Virus record (IMG/VR): IMGVR_UViG_3300028862_000012
Coordinates: 124,001 to 188,000 of that record
Reading direction: 5' to 3' (one strand)
DNA length: 64,000 bases
Part shown: piece by piece, positions 21,193-31,865 of the stretch
How the letters are laid out: each line of letters opens with the position of its first letter
Position numbering within the stretch: the stretch's first letter is position 1
Notes under the pieces: generated by a model
Told to the model about the DNA's origin: nothing
The model's database searches: none
The model's input: only the letters and a program-made list of their open reading frames with translations
Position numbers and translations under genes: made by a program

Positions 21193-22545
21193 ATGACAAA
21201 AATAGAATCATTCGCTGAATCTTTTCAAGCTGGTTCAGCGCCGAGAATTATAACAAAAATAGAGAGCATACTATCCAGAAGAGTTGGTAATGTAAATATA
21301 ACTAATATACCTATAGAGTATGATAATAAATATGGAAAGTTTCAAGGATTTTATGGGTTAGTTACTGGTTATGCTCAGTTATTTCGCCTTAATTTCTTAT
21401 TAAGTGGTAGTGACTCTATCTATAGTATAGATTTATACAATGGCGTATCTGATAGTCATCCTGCCATTACTGTTGATCTTAATGGTTTTAATATAGTTCA
21501 ATGTTTAGAAGCTATTACAGAAGAGCTTGAAAAAGGGTATGTAGATACAGAGTTAAATGAAGGATACAGATATTCAAATAAAGTAGTTGCACGATTTTTA
21601 GAATATACTTCTGATGATAGAAAAAATATGTTATTTAATACGTGGATAGATCAGGAAAATGATAGTATAGATTTATTACAGAATAAAAGATTAGCTGAAG
21701 TATATACAGTTTTCCTAAAGAAAGACAAAAGATATAATAGTGAAGTAAACTTTGCTAGTTTTCAATCAATGGCTAAAACTTATTTATTTGGAAGAGGGTT
21801 AACTAATCCATCATTTAGAAAGCGCAAGAAAGGTAGTGCAGAACGAGAAGTAGTTGATAAGGCAAAAGAAGATCAGCTTCGAGATATAGTTGATGGAATG
21901 GAAGTAACAAAGAAATTTGATTTTTTAGCTTCTGCGGTTGAAGCAGTTGTGGATAATAGAATACAATCATTACTTTGTTATGGAAGTCCCGGTAGTGGAA
22001 AATCTAAAACAGTAATGGATACCTTAGATAGTTTACATGTAAAACCACAGGTATTTAGTGGTGGTTTTAAAAATACTGATGAATTATTTAAAATTTTAAC
22101 GAAGTATAATGATAATGAAATTCTGTGCTTTGATGACTGCGATTCAGTTTTTAAGTCTATAGATAATAGGAACTTATTAAAATCAATTTTGCAGAATTCT
22201 GAAAAAAGAATAGTAACGTGGCGAGACAAAAAACTTGAGTTTACGAGTGGAGTAATCTTTATTTCTAATTTAGCTAAATTTGACTCGGCTATTGCCAGTC
22301 GATCAATGACTATTGAAATTACATTGACTAATGAACAAATGCTAGATCATATTGAAAATAATTTAAAAGAGTTTATGCCTGAAGTAGATATGAAAACAAA
22401 AAAAATGGCCTTAGATTTTTTAAAGGAAATTTCTTCAGGTGTAAAAACGGTGGATTTTCGAGAGCTTCAGAAGACAATTATATCAATTCAAATTCAGCCT
22501 AAAGGCTGGAAAGATTTTGCATTACTAATGCTTTCATCACAGTAG
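21193..22545 (+). CDS. AAA+ ATPase with unique N-terminal domain
   Basis: LLCYGSPGSGKS Walker A, ILCFDDCD Walker B, GVIFISN sensor, AIASRS arginine finger. Confidence 0.8.
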   Translation: MTKIESFAESFQAGSAPRIITKIESILSRRVGNVNITNIPIEYDNKYGKFQGFYGLVTGYAQLFRLNFLLSGSDSIYSIDLYNGVSDSHPAITVDLNGFNIVQCLEAITEELEKGYVDTELNEGYRYSNKVVARFLEYTSDDRKNMLFNTWIDQENDSIDLLQNKRLAEVYTVFLKKDKRYNSEVNFASFQSMAKTYLFGRGLTNPSFRKRKKGSAEREVVDKAKEDQLRDIVDGMEVTKKFDFLASAVEAVVDNRIQSLLCYGSPGSGKSKTVMDTLDSLHVKPQVFSGGFKNTDELFKILTKYNDNEILCFDDCDSVFKSIDNRNLLKSILQNSEKRIVTWRDKKLEFTSGVIFISNLAKFDSAIASRSMTIEITLTNEQMLDHIENNLKEFMPEVDMKTKKMALDFLKEISSGVKTVDFRELQKTIISIQIQPKGWKDFALLMLSSQ

Positions 22546-22551
22546 AGTGCT

Positions 22552-24783
22552 ATGATAAATTATAATAAATTAATAGACAAAGAAATAAATAAGTTATTAA
22601 ATGAATCAGTAGATTTTGAAAAATATAACAAAATTCTTTTAGAGCATACTTTAGAGTATTTTAAATATACTAAAATAAATAAGTATTCATTAGATGATTA
22701 TTTTAGAGGTGCTAGTGAACCTGATTGGTTTTGGCTATTTTTAAATAATTTACTTAAACGTTATAATGAAGATATCTATACCGAGTATAAAGGTAAAATG
22801 ATAGAAACCTCTGAACTTGTAGGAAACACTTTTACTAAGTATTTAAATAAATTAGCAGGATCACATTTTAGACAAGGACAATGGGATTATGAAAAAATAG
22901 AAGAGTGGTTAAAAGAAAAATTGCAATTAAAAGAATCTATATTAAAAGAACAAATAACAAAAGATTCTATTAAAGAGCTTCAAAAGGAAGCGCAATTATA
23001 TAATAAAGCTATAATGAAAATAGACTCCCCTTATGATTTATATGAAGTAAGTAAGTCTATGCAGGATTATAGTATTAAATTGCATGACTACTTAGAAAAT
23101 ACTTTGAATAGTAGAATTGAAAATACTGGATGGAAGGATGGTCATGGAAATGATTTTAGCTTTTATCCTTTTCAAGAGTTTTATCAGTATTTACGAGAAG
23201 TATTAGATCCCTATAAACTTTCTGGAATTAGAAGAGCATACGATGATTGGAATAAATATGATGAAAATATATGGGTAAATCATTATAGCTCTTTTGAAAA
23301 AAGAAGAAAATCTTTATACACAATGTTTTCTCAAAAGCTAAAAAAAGCATTTGATAACTTGCAAGATTGGCTGGATACCTTTACTAATGGCTATGCACCT
23401 AATCGTTCATCAGAAGAGCTTATAACTTATAATGGTTTTAAAATTAAAGTAACATCTGATGAAGCTCACTCCAATTTCTTAAACTCTAGAGGTAGTAATA
23501 GCTACTCTGTAGAAGATTTCAAAAAAGATTTAGATAACCTAGTACATGACTTAAAGTCAAAATCTATATCACCTGCTTTTTTAAAAAATGCGGTATTTGA
23601 ATTTAATAATACTATTTCTCTGGATATAGGTGGTGATTATCAAGCAACAGGAAATATTATTTCTGTATTACCTGATAAGAAAGAATCTTATACTACTTTA
23701 GTTCATGAAGTGGGTCATTGTTATGAAGTTACTGTTATTTCAAAACAAGCAAGAAGCGCATGGCAAGAGTTTTACAGTGATCCAAAGAATTTTGTATACA
23801 TATCTGATGAGACAAAAAATAATATAAAAAAAGAATTAGAGATAATTTGTAGTAGTAAAGAAATTAAAGATGGCTATGAAGAAAACAAATATAATCATAA
23901 TGGTTTATATAGTATTAAAAATAAGATACGCTTGCAGTTATTAGCTAAGTTTAATAAAAACTCCACTGAATATAAATTATTAACTACATTATTTAATGAT
24001 ATAAAAATAGAGGCAATTGATTATCTTCCTAGCAAGCCAGATGACATTGATTTTTTTATGAGCATATTAAATAACCATGAACTAGGTGGAGTATTATTTC
24101 AAGATCGAATAATACTTAATAATATGTCATTATATAGTGCAAAAAATGAGAAGGAAGCTTTTGCAGAAATGTTTATGTACTATGTTTTAGATTATCATAA
24201 ACAAAAAGATTTCTCTGTTGATTTTATACATTTTTTTAAGTCTATTATTGGCGTATCCTCAACAATTAATGAATCTGTAAATATTACTACTTGGTATCAC
24301 GGATCACCTGATAAAATAACTCATTGGTCTACAGAGTTTATGGGCATAGGTGATGATCAAGAAGGTGCAGGAATTTATTTTACTTCCAATTATGATGACG
24401 CAAGCGGTTATAGTAAAAATAAGGGCTATGTTTATGAAGTTGAATTACATACTACTAAATGGATGAGTACTAAAGCAAAGCCAAAAGTTATTGAGTTAAA
24501 AAAACTTATAGAATTAGCAGATGATTATGAAACCACTTTAGGAAACTGGGGTAATGAAGATCCAGCTAAGGATATGAGAGACTGCTTGAATGACTATCTA
24601 CAATACAATAAAACTATGTTTGAAGCAGTTAAATCAGTATGTAATGATTTTTATCGTTATGATAGTGCAGGTTATTGTAATGCAATAATGTATATTGGAT
24701 ACGGTGGTGTAATAGTTCCAAAAAACTTAGGCGTTTTTCATGCTATAGTTTGGAATCCTAAAATAATTAAAAATATTAGTTGA
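22552..24783 (+). CDS. polyvalent-type protein: zincin metallopeptidase + C-terminal ADP-ribosyltransferase-like domain
   Basis: TTLVHEVGH and YS..NEKEAFAEMF (zincin); WYHGS, GAGIYFTS, ASGY, GYVYEVEL (ART-like). Confidence 0.7.
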   Translation: MINYNKLIDKEINKLLNESVDFEKYNKILLEHTLEYFKYTKINKYSLDDYFRGASEPDWFWLFLNNLLKRYNEDIYTEYKGKMIETSELVGNTFTKYLNKLAGSHFRQGQWDYEKIEEWLKEKLQLKESILKEQITKDSIKELQKEAQLYNKAIMKIDSPYDLYEVSKSMQDYSIKLHDYLENTLNSRIENTGWKDGHGNDFSFYPFQEFYQYLREVLDPYKLSGIRRAYDDWNKYDENIWVNHYSSFEKRRKSLYTMFSQKLKKAFDNLQDWLDTFTNGYAPNRSSEELITYNGFKIKVTSDEAHSNFLNSRGSNSYSVEDFKKDLDNLVHDLKSKSISPAFLKNAVFEFNNTISLDIGGDYQATGNIISVLPDKKESYTTLVHEVGHCYEVTVISKQARSAWQEFYSDPKNFVYISDETKNNIKKELEIICSSKEIKDGYEENKYNHNGLYSIKNKIRLQLLAKFNKNSTEYKLLTTLFNDIKIEAIDYLPSKPDDIDFFMSILNNHELGGVLFQDRIILNNMSLYSAKNEKEAFAEMFMYYVLDYHKQKDFSVDFIHFFKSIIGVSSTINESVNITTWYHGSPDKITHWSTEFMGIGDDQEGAGIYFTSNYDDASGYSKNKGYVYEVELHTTKWMSTKAKPKVIELKKLIELADDYETTLGNWGNEDPAKDMRDCLNDYLQYNKTMFEAVKSVCNDFYRYDSAGYCNAIMYIGYGGVIVPKNLGVFHAIVWNPKIIKNIS

Positions 24784-24937
24784 TTTATAGCAAATAGGGT
24801 GTATACTAATTATATAAAGCAGGAGCAAATATGAAAAAAATTGATTTTCTTGATAGCAAAAACGCCACTACCAGTAGTGTATGATATAAATAGATACCAC
24901 TATCTATAGCGTTTTTTCCATTCATTATAAACCTCTA

Positions 24938-24995
24938 ATAGATTATTAGTAAAATAATTAGTTTTACTATTGATTATTTATTACTAATAATCTAT
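24938..24995. repeat. 15-bp perfect inverted repeat, 28-nt spacer
   Basis: ATAGATTATTAGTAA (24938-24952) / TTACTAATAATCTAT (24981-24995). Confidence 0.8.
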
Positions 24996-25024
24996 ATTTA
25001 TATTACTACCTAGGAGGTTGTAAT

Positions 25025-25312
25025 ATGAGTAAGTCGATTATACGTGTAAAGCACAGAGGATTAGGAAACATTGAAATTCAAGTTGATCCTGAAGACTATC
25101 AGATGATGAAGTCTATTGAAGTGTTTGTCAAATCAGAAACAGGCAGGAAGGTTCCTCCTTATTTGCTGGTAATTGGAAAAGATGGAAAGCGCATGAATGC
25201 CAGTCGCTTTATTCTGAAGCAACATAAGCTCTTGCAGAAGGACAAGCATGTTTTCTTTAAAGATGGAAACTCATTTATCTTATGCAAAAATAACTTAATT
25301 CAGTACACTTAA
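25025..25312 (+). CDS. degenerate HNH-like protein
   Basis: VDPEDY...MNASRFIL...HVFFKDGNSFILCKNNL follows the HNH_3 pattern but lacks the catalytic DH. Confidence 0.45.
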   Translation: MSKSIIRVKHRGLGNIEIQVDPEDYQMMKSIEVFVKSETGRKVPPYLLVIGKDGKRMNASRFILKQHKLLQKDKHVFFKDGNSFILCKNNLIQYT

Positions 25313-25318
25313 TGTGTA

Positions 25319-25357
25319 AGTTGATAACACTAAAAAAACGTGCTGTCAACTTTTTTA
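25319..25357 (+). terminator. intrinsic terminator
   Basis: AGTTGATAACAC / GTGCTGTCAACT stem followed by a T-run. Confidence 0.65.
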
Positions 25358-25358
25358 T

Positions 25359-25387
25359 TTGACATATTATATATTCCATGCTATTCT
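25359..25387 (+). promoter_or_regulatory. sigma70-type promoter TTGACA-17-TATTCT with TGn
   Basis: sequence match directly after terminator. Confidence 0.7.
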
Positions 25388-25421
25388 ATATTTACTAAAG
25401 TAATTTAGTAAAGGAAAAAGT

Positions 25422-25814
25422 ATGGTTGATAATTCTTTTTTATGTACTGGTTATAGTTTGGGAAAAACAGTTTCAGAGCATAGGAAAGGAAATGAAGAAG
25501 ACAGTATATTAAATCCAAGTATAGATAAGCCTTGGTCAGAAGACGATTTACTATTACATGAGTTTATAGAGTCTAGTGATGGTGTATCTCTAACAGAGAT
25601 AGTCGAATATTTTAATTCAAAAAAGAAAACAAATTGTTCATTACCAAGCATGAATAGTAAATTAATGTCACTTTCAGGAAAGGATTACCGGCTATATCAA
25701 GACACGGTTAAAAGAAAAGAAAGTAAAAGTAAAATAGATGAGAAAACAGGGATTATAACTATTAAATCGATAACAAAGAAAGTTGAACTATATTATATAG
25801 ATGATTATATATAA
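25422..25814 (+). CDS. hypothetical protein, possibly winged-helix
   Basis: 130-aa ORF with RBS; LHEFIESSDGVSLTEIVEYF helix pattern. Confidence 0.5.
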   Translation: MVDNSFLCTGYSLGKTVSEHRKGNEEDSILNPSIDKPWSEDDLLLHEFIESSDGVSLTEIVEYFNSKKKTNCSLPSMNSKLMSLSGKDYRLYQDTVKRKESKSKIDEKTGIITIKSITKKVELYYIDDYI

Positions 25815-25832
25815 GATTAGTAAAAATACTAA

Positions 25833-25861
25833 TTGAATACTTTCTATCTTTATGATAGTAT
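25833..25861 (+). promoter_or_regulatory. sigma70-type promoter TTGAAT-17-TAGTAT with TGn
   Basis: upstream of DnaB-like helicase. Confidence 0.5.
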
Positions 25862-25888
25862 TTTATAAAATAAGGACTACATAAATAA

Positions 25889-27334
25889 ATGCTTCAAGTA
25901 AAAATTTTGGAAAAACAATTACTACATGCATATATAGATAATGCTGATATTATAAGTGAAAAGAATTATTTTGTTTCTTCATTAGCTATTCAATGTTTTG
26001 ATGCTTTAAAAGAATTGATTAACGATAATATTTCCTTCATTGAAGAAAATATATTAAAGAAATTCTCTGAAAAAGAAGTTTGTATTGATAAAGAAGTCGA
26101 AGTACTTTATAAAGCAATTATAGAAACAGAATATAAAGCAAGCGAAGTTGTTTCTTATGAAAAAGAACTTATGGGTATTTTTTTTGCAAGTGATATACTT
26201 TCAAATGACTTGAAAGATTTAACATTATCGCTAAATTCAAGTAATTCTATTGATGTTTCAAAGGTAGAAAAGCTTACTAATAATTTATCTGAAAAATTAA
26301 TTGAAATCCAAAATCATGGAGTAAAGGATAGCTATACTGTAAGTGATATTTGGAAAGAAGTAAAAAGTATAAATATTAAAAAAAGTGAAGGACAAATACA
26401 GAAATATCCTTCTGGTTGCTACTTACTTGATAAAGTACTTGCAGGTGGTAGTCTGTATCCCGGTGAATGTAGTTTAGCAACGGGTCATCCCGGTAGTGGT
26501 AAAACTACATGGATAGACTATCTTGCGAATTGTCGTCAGTTTAGAAATTATCCTACTTTGCAGATAGACAGTGAACGTACTTTTCAAGCACTGGTATTGC
26601 GTAAAGTATGTTCACGATTAAGAATAACTCGTGACCAGATGCTTGATCCTGACTATGATACTGATTATATAAATGAAATAATGGATGAAGAAATTCGTAA
26701 GGCTAACAGAAATAATTATTTTAAATACTTATTTCCATATGAAATAAAAGAAGGAAGCTTCAGCTCTACTGCTCGTTTTAATTTAAGCTATATTGAAAAA
26801 AGTATTTGGACAACACGAAAGGAAATGGGATTAACTTCAAAAGATAATTTGGTTGCTTTTATTGACTTATTGTCTATGGCAGATGAAATAGCAAAAGTAA
26901 GTAAAGGTATGAATCAAGCTAGTGCTATTACTTCAGTGTTTAATGATTTAAGTGCTTTAAGTAAAACAACAAACTCTCATCTTATGGGTACATGGCAACA
27001 GCGTAGACGAGACGAGTCTAAAAAGATTAGAGATATAGATGATCTAGAATGCTTTAGACCTACAACAGAAGATATTAAAGATAGTTCAGGTGCAGAAGAG
27101 CGTTGTCGTGTAATTTTTGGTTTGTATAGAAAAAAACATTTTATGCAAAAATATTTGAAAGATTTTCCATTGCTTGAGAGTACCCCTGATATACTCGAAA
27201 TCCAGACTATAAAAAATAATGACGGGCCAATGGGTTCAGTAATTGAATACTTATGTGAAATGCAATACAATAAGGTAACACCAATTTTTGAAAAACGCGA
27301 TGCAGATAAATCGAAACAAATAGCAGGAACTTAA
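25889..27334 (+). CDS. dnaB: DnaB-like (SF4) replicative helicase
   Basis: KYPSGCYLLDKVLAGG, ATGHPGSGKTT Walker A, IDSE, AFIDLL, TWQQRR, DIKDSSGAEE, IKNNDGP. Confidence 0.85.
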   Translation: MLQVKILEKQLLHAYIDNADIISEKNYFVSSLAIQCFDALKELINDNISFIEENILKKFSEKEVCIDKEVEVLYKAIIETEYKASEVVSYEKELMGIFFASDILSNDLKDLTLSLNSSNSIDVSKVEKLTNNLSEKLIEIQNHGVKDSYTVSDIWKEVKSINIKKSEGQIQKYPSGCYLLDKVLAGGSLYPGECSLATGHPGSGKTTWIDYLANCRQFRNYPTLQIDSERTFQALVLRKVCSRLRITRDQMLDPDYDTDYINEIMDEEIRKANRNNYFKYLFPYEIKEGSFSSTARFNLSYIEKSIWTTRKEMGLTSKDNLVAFIDLLSMADEIAKVSKGMNQASAITSVFNDLSALSKTTNSHLMGTWQQRRRDESKKIRDIDDLECFRPTTEDIKDSSGAEERCRVIFGLYRKKHFMQKYLKDFPLLESTPDILEIQTIKNNDGPMGSVIEYLCEMQYNKVTPIFEKRDADKSKQIAGT

Positions 27335-27344
27335 AGGATGGATT

Positions 27345-28220
27345 ATGATAACAGTAGGTGAGTTCAATACTTTAATAAGTAAAATTAAAAAGTTTGAAAT
27401 GAGTAAGGGTAGAGCAGATGATTGTAAACTTGCAATAATGAACTGTATTAGCTCTGCCTTATTAGGATTAAATGAAAATAATTTAGTAGAAGAGAGCAGA
27501 TCAACTTCTTTGGCTCTGATAAAGCAAACTTCAAAAAACATGATCTTGAATTTAGCTTGTTTGTGTAATTATTTAAATGTGCGAATTAAGTTAGATACAG
27601 GTGTCATGGAGTTAGCATCAGAAGATATTTATACAACTATTTTTAATTTCTATGACGTAGTTCTTAGTATAGATACATCAGATGAACATAAGTTTGAAAA
27701 AGAAAATGCTATCTCTATTTATAATATTTTTATTTGGTTTGTAAAAATATTGGAAGCAAATAATTTAGAAATAACTTTTAATGAAGTTGTAGAAATTTTA
27801 ACTATTATTAGTGAGGAATAACAGATGGAAAAGATGGACAGTGGTTTGTATGTAATTTTTAATAGACTTAATAGGGAACTTAACTTATTTAAAAGCAGAT
27901 TTTTTGCTATGTCTAAAAAAGTAAAAGATGAAGATGCACAGAAAGAGTGGGATAAGCGTAGTGTAGCAGAATTATGGTGTTATTATAATAACTTGCTTTC
28001 AAAGATTAATTTTGAAATCGAAGATCTTGAGACACGTATGCTTACTAATTTTCCTGATGATCTTGAAACTAATTTGCTTATTCAGAAAATTTATATAGCA
28101 AAACTTGAAAAGAAACTTTGTTATTATCCTGAAAATAAAGTATTTATGTTAGAGGACATGACAATTGAAGAAATCAATCAAGAGAATAAAAATCTTGCAG
28201 AACTTGAAGGAATAAAATAA
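27345..28220 (+). other. two hypothetical genes (27345-27821, 27825-28220)
   Basis: ORF track, RBS. Confidence 0.6.
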
Positions 28221-28387
28221 TGGAAACAGAAAAAGAAGAAGTGTTTGTATTGAATGGTAAACAGCTTACAAAAGAGCAGTTTGATGAAGAGTGTAAAAAG
28301 GTTGAAAGCAATAAAGGTGTTCATCTGGTAGAAGTTACTCATAAGGAATTCCGCACTCGCTTACAAGATTAATAATCAGGAAGTAAT

Positions 28388-29629
28388 ATGTTCGATAAGT
28401 TGCAACATGCTTATACACAATTAAACACATTAGCTCAAGGAAGTCCTGTAATTGCTGGTATAGTTAGTCTATACGGCTTGGGACTTCTTACTTATTTTTT
28501 AAAAGATATACCAAAAAAGTTTATTGGTTTTTTAGCAAAGCATTTAACTACACGAGTAGAAATTTCTAACATGAATGATTGTTTTCTTCATATATTAAAA
28601 CTATTTGAGAAAAACGATACTGTAAATAAAATAAGATGCATTAAGTTTTTTAATGGAAAATGGGGTAATGATCAAAGCATAACTAAAGGTATAGGAAAAG
28701 GTAAACATATAGTCTGGTTTAATCATGTGCCTATTAGTATTCAGCTTACAAAAACAGACACTACACAATCATCAGAAGAAAAACTTTGTATTGAACTAGT
28801 AAAACTAGGAAGAAGTCACAAACTTTTTGATAAACTTTTACAAGAAATGCAGTTACCAGAAGTATATGATGAAAAAATTATAGGTATATATGAGTTTGAT
28901 AGTAGCTGGAATAAGCTATTAAACATACCATCAAGAGATTTTAATACAATCTTTATTGAAGAAGATAAAAAGAAATTACTTATATCTTCTATTGAAGATT
29001 TTTTATCAAAAGAAAGCTGGTATTTAGAACGTGGTATTCCCTATCAGTTAGGCATAATGCTGTATGGTGAGCCGGGAACAGGCAAGACAAGTATTATAAA
29101 AGCATTGGCACATTATTTCAAACGAGATATTTATATACTGCCTGTATCAAGAATTTATAAATTAAGAGAATGTATTTCTACTTTGCCTAAAAATTGCTTT
29201 CTTGTTATAGAAGATATTGATAGTTGTCCTTCAGTTATAGAACGAGTAGAAGAAGAAAGTAATTTACCTAAATCAAATAAGGAATCAAGTATATTTGAAG
29301 AATATAAAAATATAGGATTAAGTGAAATACTAAACTCTATTGATGGTTTAGTTTCATTAAATGGTAGAATACTTATTTCTACTACAAATAGATATAATAA
29401 ATTGGATGATGCTTTTAAGCGTAAAGGTCGCATAGACTTAGCAGTTCATATCAGTTATGTCACTGTAGAAACATTTAAGAAGTTTCTTAAAGTATTTTAT
29501 TCAATCAATCAGCAAGAGCTAAATAAGTTTTCTATAGAAACAATTAATCCAGTTACAATAGCTGCATTGCAAAACGATTTCATGCAGGGCATAGGCTTAG
29601 AAGAAATTATTAAAAAATATTGCAATTAG
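28388..29629 (+). CDS. BCS1-like membrane-anchored AAA+ ATPase
   Basis: N-terminal TM segment, RDFNTIFI, WYLERGIPY..GIMLYGEPGTGKTS, LVIEDID, LSEILNSIDG, STTN, LDDAFKRKGRID. Confidence 0.8.
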   Translation: MFDKLQHAYTQLNTLAQGSPVIAGIVSLYGLGLLTYFLKDIPKKFIGFLAKHLTTRVEISNMNDCFLHILKLFEKNDTVNKIRCIKFFNGKWGNDQSITKGIGKGKHIVWFNHVPISIQLTKTDTTQSSEEKLCIELVKLGRSHKLFDKLLQEMQLPEVYDEKIIGIYEFDSSWNKLLNIPSRDFNTIFIEEDKKKLLISSIEDFLSKESWYLERGIPYQLGIMLYGEPGTGKTSIIKALAHYFKRDIYILPVSRIYKLRECISTLPKNCFLVIEDIDSCPSVIERVEEESNLPKSNKESSIFEEYKNIGLSEILNSIDGLVSLNGRILISTTNRYNKLDDAFKRKGRIDLAVHISYVTVETFKKFLKVFYSINQQELNKFSIETINPVTIAALQNDFMQGIGLEEIIKKYCN

Positions 29630-31070
29630 TTGTTGCTTTATTTAAAATATGGGTTTATGATACTATATGTTTATTTATAAAGGATTTTTCTATGATAGAT
29701 ACTGATCAATTACTTAATGCTACTTTAGTTTCTGCAATTTTAAGTTTTCCTTTTATTATTTATTTTATTGTAAAGCAAATAAAGCTTAGTAATTATAATA
29801 GGAAATGTAGGCAGGAGCATATAGCAAATATAGTTAATTACTTCTTTGATCTTATTCTTACTAAAGATAAGAAAACAGTGGATGGAAATAATCCGAATAC
29901 TATCAAATTCTTTTGGTGGGATTATAAACAAGCATATCATGATAAAGAAATTTTGAATTATTCCGTTGAAGATTACATAAATATATATCTTAGTCTCTTT
30001 ACGCAAAAAGAACCTATTCATATTTATCGTTCAAAACGAAAAAGAAATAAAATGGCAGAGCGCATGATAGGAAGAGAGATTATCTGGGAAGTTAAAACTG
30101 AAGACCCAGTAGAAGAGGATCTTGTTGTAAACGAAGGAAACTAATATGAATAGAGCTTTAGAAGATCTTGAAAATTGTATTGAAAATAGCAGTGCTTATG
30201 ATGTAGCTGTATTAAAAAATTTAGTTGAAAAAATAAAGAATACTTGCGTTACCGAAATTGATTTAGCTTATGAACTACAATTTGTTAAGGGAATGCCTAA
30301 TGCACATACAGCAGATTTATGTGCAGAGCTTATACTTAGTAAGTTTGAAGGACACATTATAAAAGATAGTGGTATATCAGAATTGTTTAAATAGGAAAGT
30401 ATATGACAAATGATGAAGTTCGAGAACTGTGGAAATATAGCAATTGTGATTATAACACAATGTTCGATAATATAGCTGTATTGCAAAATAATTTAACTAA
30501 AAAATTTGAAGAACATAACAAAATTAATGATCATAAATTATTTTTATCATCAAGATTTAATTATTATTTTACCGATAATACACGTATTATTTCTGATATG
30601 TATTTGTTTGTAAGCGGAACTTATTATATAGATCGTGAGTGCATTAGTTTTAATAAAGATGGTTTTATCGGCTTTGCTGGATGGGCAAGTTCAGAAAATA
30701 CTGCACCAATACTTGAAGCCTTTATAGAAACTTTATCTTTTATTACTAAACAAAGTATTGCAGAGTTACTAAATAGGGAATTAAACTAACATTCTTTAAA
30801 GAAGGTTATATGACAGTTGATAAAATTATTCAACAGGCTTTTAATCAAACAGCCACTAATTCTGATTTTGATGAAATAATGTGGCAACGTACTGCTTATC
30901 CTTTTGATGCTGTGACTGCAAAACAGATATATAAAGTAGCTAGTTCTGTGTATCGTGCAAAAACTAATCATATACCTTTATGTGAATTTTGTGAAAATAA
31001 AGCTACAGAAAATGGCTTGTGTTATATTCACAAAGATATATTTCCACTTAGTAAGTGTATCACTAATTGA
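29620..31070 (+). other. four hypothetical genes
   Basis: 29620-30144 (TM), 30146-30394, 30403-30789, 30810-31070. Confidence 0.55.
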
Positions 31071-31095
31071 CATTAGTAAAAATAAGTTTTATAAA
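31067..31095 (+). promoter_or_regulatory. sigma70-type promoter TTGACA-17-TATAAA
   Basis: sequence match 18 nt before ATG 31113. Confidence 0.7.
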
Positions 31096-31112
31096 AGATA
31101 TAAGGAAAAATT

Positions 31113-31553
31113 ATGGAAAAATTAAAAGATAATGTAACTGAATTAAAAAAACTAACAGATGAGCTGGCAGGTGTAATTAAAAGTTTGGATGAAAAAAAGA
31201 CTGAATATGAATCATCTATAAAAGAGCTGGAAGAAAAGAAAGTAGAGTTATCTACAAAGATTGCAAGTACTAAAGTGCTGATTGAAGCCGATGTCTTGGT
31301 AGATTTTAAAACTACTGCAAATAAATCTTATTATGGTGGTATTGGTGTTCAGGAGCGTAAAAAGATTACTTATGATTCTGCTATTGTATTTGCATGGGCA
31401 AAAGTAAAGGGAATGTTTATTGTACTTGACTCTAAGGCTTTTGAAAAGTCTGCTGAAGCAATGATCGCGGCTGATCCTATTATTGCAAAGGCTGTAAAAA
31501 TTACTAAAGAGCCACAAGTGACTTATCCTAAAGAAATTAAGTTAGAAGACTAA
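31113..31553 (+). CDS. Mu Gam/Gp157-like coiled-coil protein
   Basis: long N-terminal coiled coil, GGIGVQERKKITYD..AWAK..LDSKAF pattern. Confidence 0.45.
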   Translation: MEKLKDNVTELKKLTDELAGVIKSLDEKKTEYESSIKELEEKKVELSTKIASTKVLIEADVLVDFKTTANKSYYGGIGVQERKKITYDSAIVFAWAKVKGMFIVLDSKAFEKSAEAMIAADPIIAKAVKITKEPQVTYPKEIKLED

Positions 31554-31865
31554 GGAGCAAAATATGGAAGTAGCATTAATAATTTGCATTATAATAGTAA
31601 GTATGTTTATGCTGTTGTATTTTATTAGACATCTTATAATAGTTAGTACTCCTTATCATGCATATATAAGTTGGAAAGATTTTAAACGGTATCAAACTAA
31701 ATATATGACTTTTTTTGATACTCATATAAATTTTGACTATGATTGGTATTTAGTTTTTCATTTACCTACCTATATTTTATTCTTTTTCTGGTATATTAAT
31801 AAATCTATTAATAATGCAAAAGAAAATATGCATACTCAAATTATTGCTCCGTGGCTGGTAAATAA

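Noticed and set aside
21051-22565. TnpB guide self-targeting the polyvalent gene (shared ATGATAAATTATAA at 21051 and 22552)
   Set aside because: match is almost all A/T, both copies are start-codon contexts, and the bases nearest the presumed element end do not match
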